Shown here: positions 52,821 through 64,000 of the stretch, one piece after another | How positions within the stretch are numbered: position 1 is the stretch's first letter | Layout: every line of letters begins with the position of its first letter | Assembly: GCF_963921235.1 (NCBI RefSeq) | Contig: NC_086108.1 | Span: 56,546,001 to 56,610,000, forward strand | Direction: 5' to 3' | Origin: Mobula hypostoma | Lineage: Eukaryota | Length of the DNA stretch: 64,000 bases | Notes under the pieces: generated by a model | The model's database searches: none | What the model was told of the DNA's origin: nothing | Seen by the model: only the letters and a program-made list of their open reading frames with translations | Position numbers and translations under genes: made by a program

Positions 52821-53683
52821 TTCACCTTCTACACAGGATATCTTTCGTCTTTGGTCAATCAAAAGTAATGCTGTTTGCTTCATAGAGTAAAAAGGGAGTT
52901 CACAATGACAGTGCTCATTTCCTTAGCACCTTTACAATAAGGGAATGTTCAATATTACAATTAATGTGGATTTTGCTAGTGCCCTTACCCATGTTTCACT
53001 GGGGCTGGTTGTGGCGTTTAAGTCATTGTAGTCTTGTGCATTTTCCTTTGGGACTGAGGTTCAAGGGTTAAGTTGTAATCAAAAGTCAAAATGGAAAAAT
53101 ACTACCATTCCTCTGACATTAGAGTTACTTTATACTAGGTCTGCCTTGAGGCAATTTAGATGGAACTTATTGTGTTCCATGTGTGATCCAATAGACTTCA
53201 TTAAAAGGCCTGGGCAGCTCCACAGCAGAAAGTTTGACCTTTACAGACATAAAGTCAAATTGTAATCCAGTCGAAGGAATGGGGCAGACATCACCAATCC
53301 AGGAATCATATAGACATATTCACTCGCCAGAAAGTCTACTTCCTACCTAGAAATAGCAATAGATTAAAATGGTAGAATGTATTCAACCTTGAGGTTATTT
53401 GCATTATTCTGTCCTGAACCTTGTCCTCCGGTTTCATCTATTGTATTATTGCTTCCTGTAAGGACATGCAGTTTTCAAGCACAGCACAGACACTGGCATT
53501 TGCACTCATTAACCCACCCTGATAGTTTTCCCTCATCACACCCATCAGCTGCTCTACTTACCTCCTACAGAAGATGGCAGCAAAACCACACATTTGGCTG
53601 TATCAGTGAAATGTTAAATTGTCTTAGGCCTACATGCAATAGAGATTAAAAACTGATCTGCTGGCAGTCCTCTTTTTACTTAC

Positions 53684-53831
53684 CAGTGAAGGCACTTATA
53701 GGTGTTTGTTCTTTACAGGAATTGATCCCCGTGATAGAGTACCAATGTGACTTGTCCTGATATATTTGAGAAGCACGAGCGATAGCTTTGTTGTCATGTA
53801 GGAGCATTTGCAGATGAGGAACTGTCTCAAC
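53684..53831 (-). CDS. Putative second coding exon of the C1orf141-like gene (148 nt; VETVPHLQMLLHDNKAIARASQIYQDKSHWYSITGINSCKEQTPISAFT)
   Basis: Acceptor tattttgctcaaag, donor CTG|gtaagt; open in phase 0, joins the 57971 exon. Confidence 0.55.
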
Positions 53832-54059
53832 CTTTGAGCAAAATAGATATTACACCATTCACTATTTCTGAAACTATCAGAATATTAATGACAGGAGACA
53901 ATTTATGCCTGGAAATATACAGTATATGAAAGGTTTTTAATTGTCCAATGACAACTCAATGTAAGCTATCAAGGCTGAGTTTTTATTATTTCTCAAATCA
54001 TATACATACAGCCATAATATAACAGAAATCATATAAATCATTACAGAAAAAAAAATGGA

Positions 54060-56650
54060 GACACCAGAAACAGCAGATACTGGAATCTGGAGCAACACAT
54101 AATTTGCAGGAGGAACTCCACGGGTTGACCAGCACCGGTGGGAGGAAGAAATTAGTGTTGTTTCGGGTTGAATGTTTCAGGACTGAGAGTAGAAAGGCAA
54201 GATGGCCAGCATAGAGAGGAGAAGGAGGACTGTAAGAAAGGATTATAAAGTGATTGTTGTACTGAGTAGGGGTTTAAGATGGTAGGCAGGGAAGAGAGGT
54301 TTGCAGGGTAGCAGGTGAATGATGGAGACAGACAGAGGGAGAGTTTTTTAAAAAAAACAACAGATGGAACAAAATGGGTGGAGGTGAGTCTGAAGGTGGA
54401 AGACAGCTACTGGAGGGAGATAAACTGGAACACAAAATGCTATCAGGGTTGAACTTGGATAAGTGAAGGAGGTGACTGTTCGAAGTGAAGAGAGAGGTGA
54501 ATGAAAGTTGGAACAAGGTGGGGGGTGGGGGGAACATGTGTGTGAAGTGAGTGGACGGAGCCAGGAGGGGGAAGGGGGACAAACATAACAGGACCAGAGG
54601 ATCAGAAGGAGGAAGGAAGGAGAAAAGGGTGGGGGTGGTGAGAAGGGTTAAAAAAAAGGAGGGGAGGTACCTAAATTTGGAAAACTCAACATTCATGACA
54701 TTGGATAGTAGATTACCCAGGCGGAATATGAGATGAGATGGCTGTAGAGAAGGCCAAGGATGGACAGGTCAGTGTGCGAATGGAGTGGGATGCTGAAATA
54801 GTCTACAACTGGGACCACAAGATGACCATTGCAGACTGAGTGCAGATGTTCTGTGAAATGGTTGCTGAGTCTGCACTTGGTCTCACCACTGTAGAGAACG
54901 CCACATCAGGAGCACTAAATGCAGTAGACAGGGCTGGAGAAGATGCATATGAACCTTTGTCTCACCTGTAAGAACTATTAAGGTCCCTGGACAGTGGTGA
55001 GGGGGAAGTTGTAAAAACAAACGTACCATCTACTGTGAGGTCAGGGGTAAAGGAGGGACGGGTTGTGGAAGGATGAGTGGATCAGGAATCATGGAGCCAA
55101 TGGTCCCTTGGAAGTCAGAAAGGGGTGGGGAGGAGTAGTCATGGCTATTGGTGGATTGAGTTGCAGCTGGCGGAAATAATGTAGCATGCTGGATGCGGAG
55201 GCTCATTGAGTGAAACTGGTATACTAGGGGTACTCTATCTCTGTTCTCTCTGGGAAGAGGTGTGTTGACTGTTTGTATGAGAAACAAAGGAGATGCTCCT
55301 CCAAACACAGTAGAAGGCTGTGCTTCCTGAGAAAGGAGAACATTTCAGACGTCCTGGAAGAGAAAGCCTCTTGAGAACAGATGTAGCGGAGATGGAGAAT
55401 CTGGGAAAATGACATCCTTACAAGAACAGAATAGGAAGATGTGTAATCTAAGTGGCTGAGAGAGTCAGTGGTTTATGATAAACCTAGACGGATAGTTTAT
55501 CTTCTCAGATGGAGATAGTGAGATCTGGAAAAGGGAGAGAAGTGTCAGAAATGGTTCTCGTGAACTTAAGAGCAGAGTGGAAGTTGGCAAAAGTGATTAA
55601 ATTGATGAGCTCTGCATGGATGTAAGAGGCAGTGCCAATGCAGTCATCAGTTTAATGGAGAAAGAGTTGGGGAGTGGTACTGAAGAAGGTTTGAAACAGG
55701 AAGTGTTCCACGCAACCAACAAAAATACAGGGAAAGTTGGGGTTCATGTTTAATCCTTTAATTTGTAAAAGGAGAGCAGAGTCAAAAGAGAAATTGTTTA
55801 AGGTAAGGATATGTTCAGCCAGGTGGATGAGAGTATTAATGGGGGTGAACTGGTTTTATCCTTTTTGTAGTAAGAAATTTCTAGACCTTCCTGATTTGGG
55901 GTGGGGGGGGGGTGTAGGTAGAAGTGTATAAAGACTGGACCTCCATAGTGAAGATGAGGCATTGGGAGCCAGGAATCTGGGAGTTGTCCAAATGGTGGAG
56001 GGCATGCGAGGTGTCCTGGGTGTAGCTGGGAAGGGACTGCACAGAAAGAGACAGAATGGAGTTCAGGTATGAAGTACAGGCAGAAAAAATAATTTTGTGG
56101 ATCTTGGGTAACGGATAGAAGCAGGAAGTGTGATATTGAGGCACTATCAGATTACAGGCTGCAGAGGGGATTTCTCCCAATTTAATGAGATCCATGACAG
56201 TGTGGAGATGATGACCTGGCATTTATTGGTGAAGTCATCATTCATGGATTGGTAAGAGGAGGTATCAAGAGTTGTTACTTGGCTTCTCCAAGGTAAATGT
56301 CAGTCTGCCTGATGACAGTGCCACCTCCCCCCCCCGCCCCCGTCAGCGGGTTTGATAACTAGGTTGCGGTTGGTGTGCAGTAAGGACTGTGAACAGGTCA
56401 GCGTGGGAATAGGAAGAGAGTGGAAATGGTCTGCAACTGAGAACTCAGGTTTGTCATTGCGGGCTACAAGTAGGTGTTCTATGAAATAGTCTCAACGATG
56501 TAGAGAAGTTTACGTCGGGAGCATGGAATGCAGTAGGAAGGATTAGAGGAGATGTATTTGAGTGTTTACCTCACCTGGAAGGACTGTTTAGGTCCCTGGA
56601 TGATGGTGAGGGAGGTGGTGTAAAGACAAGTGTTAGATCTGTCCTTAATT
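54060..56650 (-). mobile_element. Long degenerate PLE (RT + GIY-YIG + pLTR)
   Basis: ORFs 55881..56222 FYPLPKIHK..YTQDTSHALH..IFTMEVQSLYTS, 55224..55415 FSQILHLRYICSQ, 55030..55308 NRDRVPLV, 54274 MNVEFSKFR; pLTR at about 54060-54190. Confidence 0.88.
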
Positions 56651-57049
56651 CAGTCAGTAGCACCTCACTCTCCTCATGCTCCACCAGATCTCTCTTCCTT
56701 TCCTCATCTCTGTCTCACCACAGCACCTCATCTTCTGACCTCGTACCTCACCCTTAGTCTCATACTAAACTTAATACCTTCTCTCTTCTTTCTGTGATCT
56801 TCCCTCCTCTCACCTCAGCTCCTCTCCTCATCTCACCTCCCCATCCCCCTCCCATTACCCTCATCCTCCTCTTCTGACCCTAATCTTTGCTCAACTCCAA
56901 CCGCTAGTGGTTTTTCACCATGCCCCCTGACCTCTCCCTCTCTGATACCACACATTCTGGCACCAATATAGCATACCCACAGAGTTCAGCAAAACAAAGC
57001 AAGCCGCAGTAACAACAACAATAACAGAACAAACTCCTTTCCCACCCTA

Positions 57050-57050
<1 letters not shown>

Positions 57051-57086
<36 letters not shown>
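57051..57086. repeat. (CA)18 microsatellite inside an unclassified minus-strand repeat (about 56940-57660)
   Basis: Direct reading. Confidence 0.95.
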
Positions 57087-57089
<3 letters not shown>

Positions 57090-57970
57090 CCCTGACCCCA
57101 TGAAAGGCCACCTGTGGGCCTCCAATCCTTGGCTTCAGACTTTGAACTTGCAACCACTTGTCCTCTGACCTCTGGACAAGCTGGGCTTTGAACCAGGCCT
57201 CCACCTCCGAACTTGTTGATTTCTGCCTTTGACCTTGGGGCATCTACCTCTGGACTCCCAGTGCTCTGGACTTTGACCCTTGGCTTTGTCCTCCAGACTT
57301 GACTGACCTCTGGGTACTGACTGCTGATCATGGGTTTGACTTTCAGGCTTCGATACCAGGACTTGTCAATCGTAGGCCTGGACTTCCAGGCTCACATAGT
57401 CCTCTAATGCTGGTGACCTGGGGAGTAACCAACCTCATGACTCCATATGGATCTCTGACCTGGGACTCACTGACCTGGGGGGGGGGGGCTGGGTCATTGA
57501 CATACAATTGTGGAGTATTCTGACTTGGATTCCGAAGACAGACTCCTAATCCTGACTCTTCATTTACTGCCATGACCCCTAACTCCCTCTTCTGTCCCCT
57601 AAACCATCACTACAAACCTACAAAACAACTTAAGTCTGAGCCATGACAACAGCACATGGCCAGTTTGATTTTTAGAACACATTGTCAAACACGTCTCTAT
57701 CCTTCCACCCTTCCATCATCTCTGCCAAGTTCCCTCTACTGTTTTTCTCCTCCACCCCACCTGTGTCATCTCTAACTCCATAGTCATTGGAACTGTGTCA
57801 ATACTTTCGGAATGTTAGGTCTACAGCTGTCAGATATAAGTCTTACACTGGCATACAAACATCTCTGAGTAACAGATTCTGCAACCATTTGGCATCCTCA
57901 GATTCTTGCGAACTATTTGGACAAGTTAAAAATGCAAAGCCGAGTGAGAGAAAGTAATATGATAATTTAC

Positions 57971-58051
57971 CTCTTTGATCCAATTAGTTCGTTTAAATAT
58001 TGCTTGAGGTTGTACTCTTGTTTTATCTCTGTAGTTAAATCCAGCAGCCAT
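57971..58051 (-). CDS. Putative first coding exon of the C1orf141-like gene (MAAGFNYRDKTRVQPQAIFKRTNWIKE); exon starts at 58065
   Basis: Acceptor ttttgctacag, ATG in strong Kozak context (aactATGG), 27 codons, donor GAG|gtaaat in phase 0. Confidence 0.55.
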
Positions 58052-58524
58052 AGTTTGGACCCTCCCTGTAGCAAAATTTAAGTAACATAAGCCTTCCAGG
58101 ACATAATAGACATATGTAGCTATAAACAGAAAATCTGTCTTTTGGGTAAATTGTTATATCAAGCTGACCCAAGTGAATAAATAAAGATCCCATGGCACTC
58201 TGTGAATAAGAATATGATAATTCTTCATGCCTTCCATCACAGCTAATGGAGGATTTCTGAATGCAAATCCGCGTATGTCTTCTCCATTACACTAGTGTCT
58301 ATACTTGACCACTACTTCACTGATTGTACAACAGTAAGTAATTTGTGTCTTTCAATGTAAAGGCAAGTTGCTTTTCATTTGAAAAGTCTAAGCAAATGAT
58401 CTTTTGCAGTAGTGTTTTTGGGCTAATGAAGCCTAGCCCCAAGTAACAGAGTGCATTTTTTTTCCCTAGACAGCTCAAGTCAACATCAAGTATTCTCAGC
58501 CATCAAGAGTACACTAATTAACAA

Positions 58525-58685
58525 ATCACACAAAATGCCGGAGGAACTCAGCAGTCCTGCTGAAGGGTCTCAGCCCAAACCATCAACTGTACTCTTTTCC
58601 ATGCGTGCTACCCGGCCTGCAGAGTTCCTCCGGTATTTTGTGTGTGTTGTTTGGATTTCCAGCATCTGCAGACTTTCCCTTGTTT
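58525..58685 (+). mobile_element. Older fold-back mini-PLE
   Basis: Short inverted arm cacacaaaatgccggaggaactc / gagttcctccggtattttgtgtg; 11-bp TSD CTAATTAACAA (58514-24 / 58686-96); decayed hammerhead (CTGCTGA). Confidence 0.85.
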
Positions 58686-59314
58686 CTAATTAACAACTGC
58701 CTTGACCCAAATGTAAATTATAATACAGCATGGTTTTGTTTGGTAGACATGTCAGTTCAGACGAACCAGATTTATTTTAAGTTAGCAACACAATTGTGAA
58801 TGGTGGAATTTAGATTCAAGATTGATTAATGTCATTTCCTGTACACAAGTGTAAGAAGAATGAAAAATATTAGGAATGTGGTGGGGATAATTTTAACCTA
58901 AATCAAACAGTAAAAATTCGAGAAGACTCATGATTAATGCACTGGTCAAAAATTTGGTCTATTTTCCCTAGCTCTTCACCCCATTTAATTTCAGCTTTCC
59001 TTTCCAACAGATTCCCATCTGGCCCATCCTTAAAATTATATTTCTCTTCAAACACTTCACCAACACTCTTACCTCATGCTCTCTGAGATAATTTTCTCCA
59101 TTAAATGTATCTCCTGCTCTCTATTACCACTAATTATCTGAGCATCCAAATTCACTGGATATTGTAAATAGTATCTTTATCACATATAGTAAGTATACCA
59201 TTTTCTTTTAATTCACTGCTGCAGTATGTTCTTTAAAAATGATTACCTTTGAAAAACATTTCCTATGCTTTGCACCTGAACTGGAGAGGGACTAATATCT
59301 TAGAGACTAATATC

Positions 59315-61825
59315 TTGTTAATGCTGCACGATGGGGTTTATGGCTGAAAGATTATGGCTTGGAGCTTAATGTCCAAGGGTACACATTGTATTGAAAGGAT
59401 AGGCAGGAAGGCAGAGGTGTGGCATTGGTCTGTTGTAAAAAAAATGAAATCAAATCATTAGAAAGAGGTGACATAGGGTTGGAAGGTGTTGAATCATTGT
59501 GGATAGAGCTAAGGAACTGCAAGGGTAAAAAGACCCTGATGGGAGTTGTATACAGACCCCCAAACTGTAGTAAGGATGTTACCCACAAATTACAATGGGA
59601 GATAGAAAATGCCTGCCTAAAGGACAATGTTACAATAGTCATGGGAGACTTCAATATGGGATTGGGAAAATCAGATTGGTGCTGGAATTCAGGGTGGGAA
59701 TTTCTAGAGACCCTATGAGATGGCTTTTTAGAGCAGCTCACTGGCAGTGATGATGTAGAGCAGCAATAGCTGGAATTTCCTGAAGCAATTCAGAAGGCAC
59801 AAGCTATATACGTCCCAAAGAGAAAATGTTCTAAAGGAAAGATGACAGAACCATGGCTAACAAGAGAAGTCAAAGCCAGCAAAAAAGCCGAAGAGAGAGA
59901 GCATATAATAGAGCAAAGATTAGTTGGAAGTTAGAGGATTAAAAACCCAATAGAATACAACTAAAAAATTAAGAAGCTAAAGATGGAATACGAAAGTAAG
60001 CTAGCCAATAATATTAAAGAGGATACCAAAAGTTTTTTCAGTTACGTAAGGTGTAAAAGAGGTGAGAGTAGATATTAGACTGCTGGAAAATGATGCTGGA
60101 GAGGTAGTAATGGGGGACAATTAAATATCTGATGAACTGAATAAGTATTTTGTGTTAGTCTTCACTGTGGAAGACACTAGTAGTATAGTGGAAGTTCCAG
60201 GTGTCAGAGGGCATGAAATGTGTGAAATTGCCATAATTAGAGAGAAGGTTCTGGGAAAACTGAAAGGTCTGAAGGAAGGTAAGTCACCTGAACCAGATGG
60301 TCTACACCCCAGAGGTCCGAAAGAGGAGACTGAAGAGATCGTGGAGGCATTAGTAGTGATCTTTCAAGAATCACTAGATTCTGGAATGGTTCTGGAAGAT
60401 TGGAAAATTGCAAATGTCATTCCACTCCTCAAGAAGGGAAAGAGGCAGAAGAAAGGAAATTATAAGCCAGTTAATCTGACCTCAGTGGCTGGGAAGATGT
60501 TGGAGCCGATTATTAAGGATGTGGTCTCGGTACTTGGAGGCACATGATCAAATAGACTGTAGCATGGTTCCCTCAAGGGAAAATCTTGCCTGACAAATCT
60601 GTCAGAATTTATTGAAGAAGTAACAAGCAGGATAGATGAAGGAGAATTGATTGATGTTGTGTACTGGGATTTTCAGAAGGTCTTTGACAAGGTGCCACAC
60701 ATGAGGCTGCTTAACAAGCTATGAGCCCATGATATTACAGGAAAGATTCTAGCATATAAAGCAGTTGCTGGATGACAGGAGACAAAGAGAGAGAATAAAG
60801 GGAGCCTTTTCTGGCTGGCTTCCAGTGGCAAGTTGTGTTCCACAGGGGTCTGTGTTGGGACCGATTCTTTTTATGTTATATGTCAATTATTGGGATGATG
60901 GAATTGATGGTTTTGTTTCAAAGTTTGCAGACGATGTGAAGATAGGTGATAGGTGGAGGTGCAGGTAGCTTTGAAGTAGAGAGGCGAGAGAAGGAATTAG
61001 ACAGATTAGGAGAATGGGCAAAGAAATGGTAGAAGGATTACAGTGTCAGGGAGTGTATGATCATGCACTCTGGTGGAAAAAAGAAAAGGTTGACTATTTT
61101 CTAAATGAAGAGAAAATACAAAGGAACTTGGGAGTCCTTGTGCAAGATTCCCTAAAGGTTAATTTTAAGGTTGAGTCTGCGGCGAGGAAGGCAAATGCAA
61201 TGTTAGCATTCATTTCAAGAGGACTAGAATATAAAGTTGAAAATTTATAAAGCACTGGTGAGGCCTCTTTTGGAGTTTTGTGAGCAGGTTTGGGCCCCTA
61301 TCTTAGAAAGGATGTATTGAAGCTGGAAAGGGTTCAAAAGAGGTTCACAAAAATGATTCTAGGATTGAGTGGCTTGTGATATGAAGAGCATCTGATGGCT
61401 CTGGGCCTCTATTCACTATTCGGAAGAATGAGGGGTGATCTCATTGAAACCTATTGAATGGTGAAAGGCCTTGCTACAGTAGATGTCAAAAGGATGTTTC
61501 CTGTGGTGGGAGAGTCTAAAACCAGACTACACAGCCTCAGAATAGACGGGTATCCTTTTAGAATGCAAATGAGGAGGAATTTCTTTAGCCAGAGGGTGGT
61601 AAATCTTTGGAATTCTTTGCTATAAGCAGCTGTGGAGGCTAAGTCTTTATGTATATTTAAGGCAGTGGTTGATAGATTCTTGATTGGTCATGGCATGAAG
61701 GGATATAGGGAAAAGGCAGGAAACTGGGGCTGAGAGGAAAATTGAATCAGCCATGATGAAATGGCAGAGCAGACTTGATGGGCCAAATGCCAAATTCTGC
61801 TCCTATATCTTAAGGTCTTATGGTC
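59315..61825 (+). mobile_element. Near full-length CR1 ORF2 (APE + RT), inactivated
   Basis: ESLWIELRNCKGKKTLMGVVYRPP..MGDFN; KSPEPDGLHPR..EDWKIANVIPLLKKG..NYKPVNLTS; VPQGSVLGPILF..KFADD; 3' tail ctcctatatcttaaggtcttatgg. Confidence 0.95.
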
Positions 61826-62520
61826 ATTCAGCCCTAGTTCTTGCTCTGTTTGATTCACGATCATACCAGGCAATGTACCAGAAGTGAATGAGCTGATTTT
61901 CTTTAATTATTGACATAAGCAGATCAATATCTAGATATTTATTTTAAGTTTATTTATGTAGAGTCATACAACATTGTTCATTTTTATGTAACTTTTTGAA
62001 AATTATGTCAAAATGTAATTGTCATGTAATGTTCTTTGGAAAATACATAAATTCTAAACAGTTTTCAGAGACTAAACATACATTGGTTCTATAATTATTG
62101 CTTTTGTCATGGTCCAGATCGGGGTCCCTTTAAATTTACCTTGTTTACGTTACGATCCGGACCGTTGATTCCCTGTTTTCCTGTGTCCCTTGACTTTGGT
62201 GATTAGAGGCAATTAGCACTCGGCTGAACCGGTAGTTTATAGTCTCCGGCTTTCAGCCGTTTGGCGCGGGAGTGTCTGCAAAGTCATCCAAGGTACGGTG
62301 TGCCGATGCCATCTGGCCGGAGCAAGCCTAGTCTCTGCTGAAGTGAGTGCCAGTAATTCGCCTCTCCTCACCGGAACAACCCTGTCCGGTTACCTCACCA
62401 AAGCGAGCCTGCAAAGTTTCCTCACCGAGGTGGGTCTGTCAGTTAACCCGCCGGAGGGAATCAAGAACCGCTGTCTACTGTTCCCAGGCTGAGTCGAGAG
62501 CTCGCCACTACCTGGAGGTT

Positions 62521-62895
62521 CCAAGTCAAGTCCTGGCTCTGGTGGCATTCAAGCTCCAAGTCAAGTCCTGGCTCCGGCAGCATTCAAGCACCAAGTCAAG
62601 TCCTGTCCCTGGCGGCATTCAAGCACCAAGTCAAGTCCTGGCCCTGGCGGCATTCAAGCACCAAGTCAGGTCCTGGCCCTGGCGGCATTCAAACACCAAG
62701 TCAAGTCCTGGCCCTGGCGGCATTCAAGCACCAAGTCAAGTCCTGGACCTGGCGGCATTCAAGCACCAAGTCAGGTCCTGGCCCTGGCGGCATTCAAGCA
62801 CCAAGTCAGGTCCTGGCCCTGGCGGCATTCAAACACCAAGTCATGTCCTGGCCCTGGCGGCCTCCCAGTTCTGAGTCAAGTCCTGGCCCTGGCGG
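62521..62895 (+). repeat. 35-bp minisatellite, about 10.5 copies (ccaagtcaagtcctggccctggcggcattcaagca)
   Basis: Unit starts at 62521, 62556, 62591 ... 62836, 62871. Confidence 0.95.
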
Positions 62896-63024
62896 TCCGT
62901 GATTCCTATCCTACCCCCTTGTCTGAATCCCTTCTCCATTCCTCTAGCCCTCATCTGCAGCCCTCGCCTGCTCTTTGGTCTAGTTCTATCACCGGAGCTA
63001 GATAGGTATTGTCTGGTGTGCTTT

Positions 63025-63314
63025 CATGTTGGTCTTGTCCTGTCCTTGCCTCCGTGGGGTAAGTCAAGTCGTCTTGCCGTTACCCCGCAGGGGGTCATGT
63101 CTTGTCTCGTCTGGTCCTCGCCTCCGTGGGGTAAGTCTGGCCGTCTTGCCGTTGCCCCGCAGAGAGTCATGTCTTGTCTCGTCTTGTCCTCACCTCCGTG
63201 GGGTAAGTCTGGCCGTCTTGCCATTGCCCCATGGAGAGTCATGTCTTGTCGTGTCTTGTCCTTGCCTCCGTGGGATAAGTCAGGCCGTCTTGCCGTTGCC
63301 CCGCGGGGGGTCAT
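63025..63314 (+). repeat. 72-bp tandem repeat, 4 copies
   Basis: CATG anchors at 63025, 63096, 63168, 63240, 63312. Confidence 0.95.
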
Positions 63315-63432
63315 GAGTCCCGGCCCTATGTCCTGTACCCAAGGAGGGGTCCCGGCTCTCTGTTCTGTGTGTGAGTCCCGGCCCTATGCCCTGTACCCAA
63401 GGAAGGGTCCCGACTCTGTGTTCTGTGTATGT
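63315..63432 (+). repeat. About 58-bp tandem duplication
   Basis: gagtcccggccctatg.cctgtacccaagga.gggtcccg.ctct.tgttctgtgt occurs twice. Confidence 0.9.
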
Positions 63433-64000
63433 GTCCATGGTTCCATGTACCTGCTCTCCCGAGACCGAGGCTCTGTGTTCCCATGTTCCTCCTCTCCCTA
63501 GCCCATGTCATGTCCATACCTGGTTCTGGGGTCTGAGCCCGAGGCAAGACCCAGGTATTGGGTCCTTGCCCAGTTTCTGGCTTGGAGTCCATACCGTAGC
63601 CTCTTCATGTCTCCTCTAGTTCTGGGAGCTGATTCCGAGTCCTAGCCCAGACCCCTAGTCCCAGCCTAGTCGTAGTCCTGAGTCCTTGTCCAATTCGCTA
63701 CTCCTGCTCCTGCCTTGCTCTCCTGGTATCGAACAATAAACTAAATCTAAGTAATCTCACAAGATGCGTCTTGCATTTGGGTCTACCCTTGCTCCCTATG
63801 CCCCCACCAGCGTGACAGCTTTAACTGTTTATTTTGCAATAAAACAGTATAAACATAAATTGGTATTTCTGCCTAAGTTACCCAGTGTCGGAATTTCCAA
63901 CCACAATGTAGTGAGAGTAAACAGTAGAAAAAAAAGGAATTTTAATATTTATGTTGTCCTTTCAATTTACATCACATTTGATGTGGGTGGTTTAAACCAG

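Larger units (their letters stand above)
62105..63817 (+). mobile_element. Solo LTR (TG...CA; Gypsy/ERV-type) of 1713 bp
   Basis: Starts TGTCA and ends TGACA; perfect 5-bp TSD GCTTT (62100-04 / 63818-22); AATAAA at about 63735; no gag/pol. Confidence 0.88.

Noticed and set aside
52609..52890. Recurring peptide MLVNAAGQAASIGRGAVDVSGRDP as a protein family
   Set aside because: Translation of non-coding pLTR sequence that appears on both strands because of the palindrome.
62521..62895. 35-bp repeats as a CRISPR array
   Set aside because: Units are head-to-tail with no unique spacers, the context is eukaryotic, and there are no cas genes.
62347..63501. ORFs of 175 and 200 aa as genes
   Set aside because: They are by-products of stop-free tandem repeats in an LTR; no recognisable domain.

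Overview
Vertebrate nuclear DNA, most likely from a ray or other cartilaginous fish (inferred from the Penelope/CR1/Rex1/V-SINE repeat mix), dominated by transposon debris. Two spliced genes lie on the minus strand. (1) SLC35D1 (UDP-GlcA/UDP-GalNAc transporter): CpG-island promoter at about 21.8-22.5 kb and coding exons 1-7 resolved to the base (22100 down to 6112). Intron 3 is GC-AG, and I could not find the remaining exons, which probably lie left of the window. (2) Upstream, a C1orf141-like gene (exons at about 58.0, 53.8, 47.9 and 41.7-42.9 kb, possibly more down to about 29 kb). It has an unusually large exon and frame disruptions that suggest pseudogenisation or homopolymer assembly errors. 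The most striking non-genic structure is a Penelope-like retroelement system: a young GIY-YIG element whose 3' end carries a minimal hammerhead ribozyme, plus several 160-600 bp non-coding fold-back derivatives, four of them with 11-16 bp target-site duplications and one a perfect 95-bp hairpin. Also present: a Tc1 element rebuilt from two 3' ends, hAT and Tigger-type MITEs with intact or near-intact TSDs, nested LINEs, and a 1.7-kb solo LTR inflated by three tandem arrays. No prokaryotic systems, CRISPR arrays, rRNA or tRNA genes were found. Boundaries of old repeats are approximate (tens of bp).
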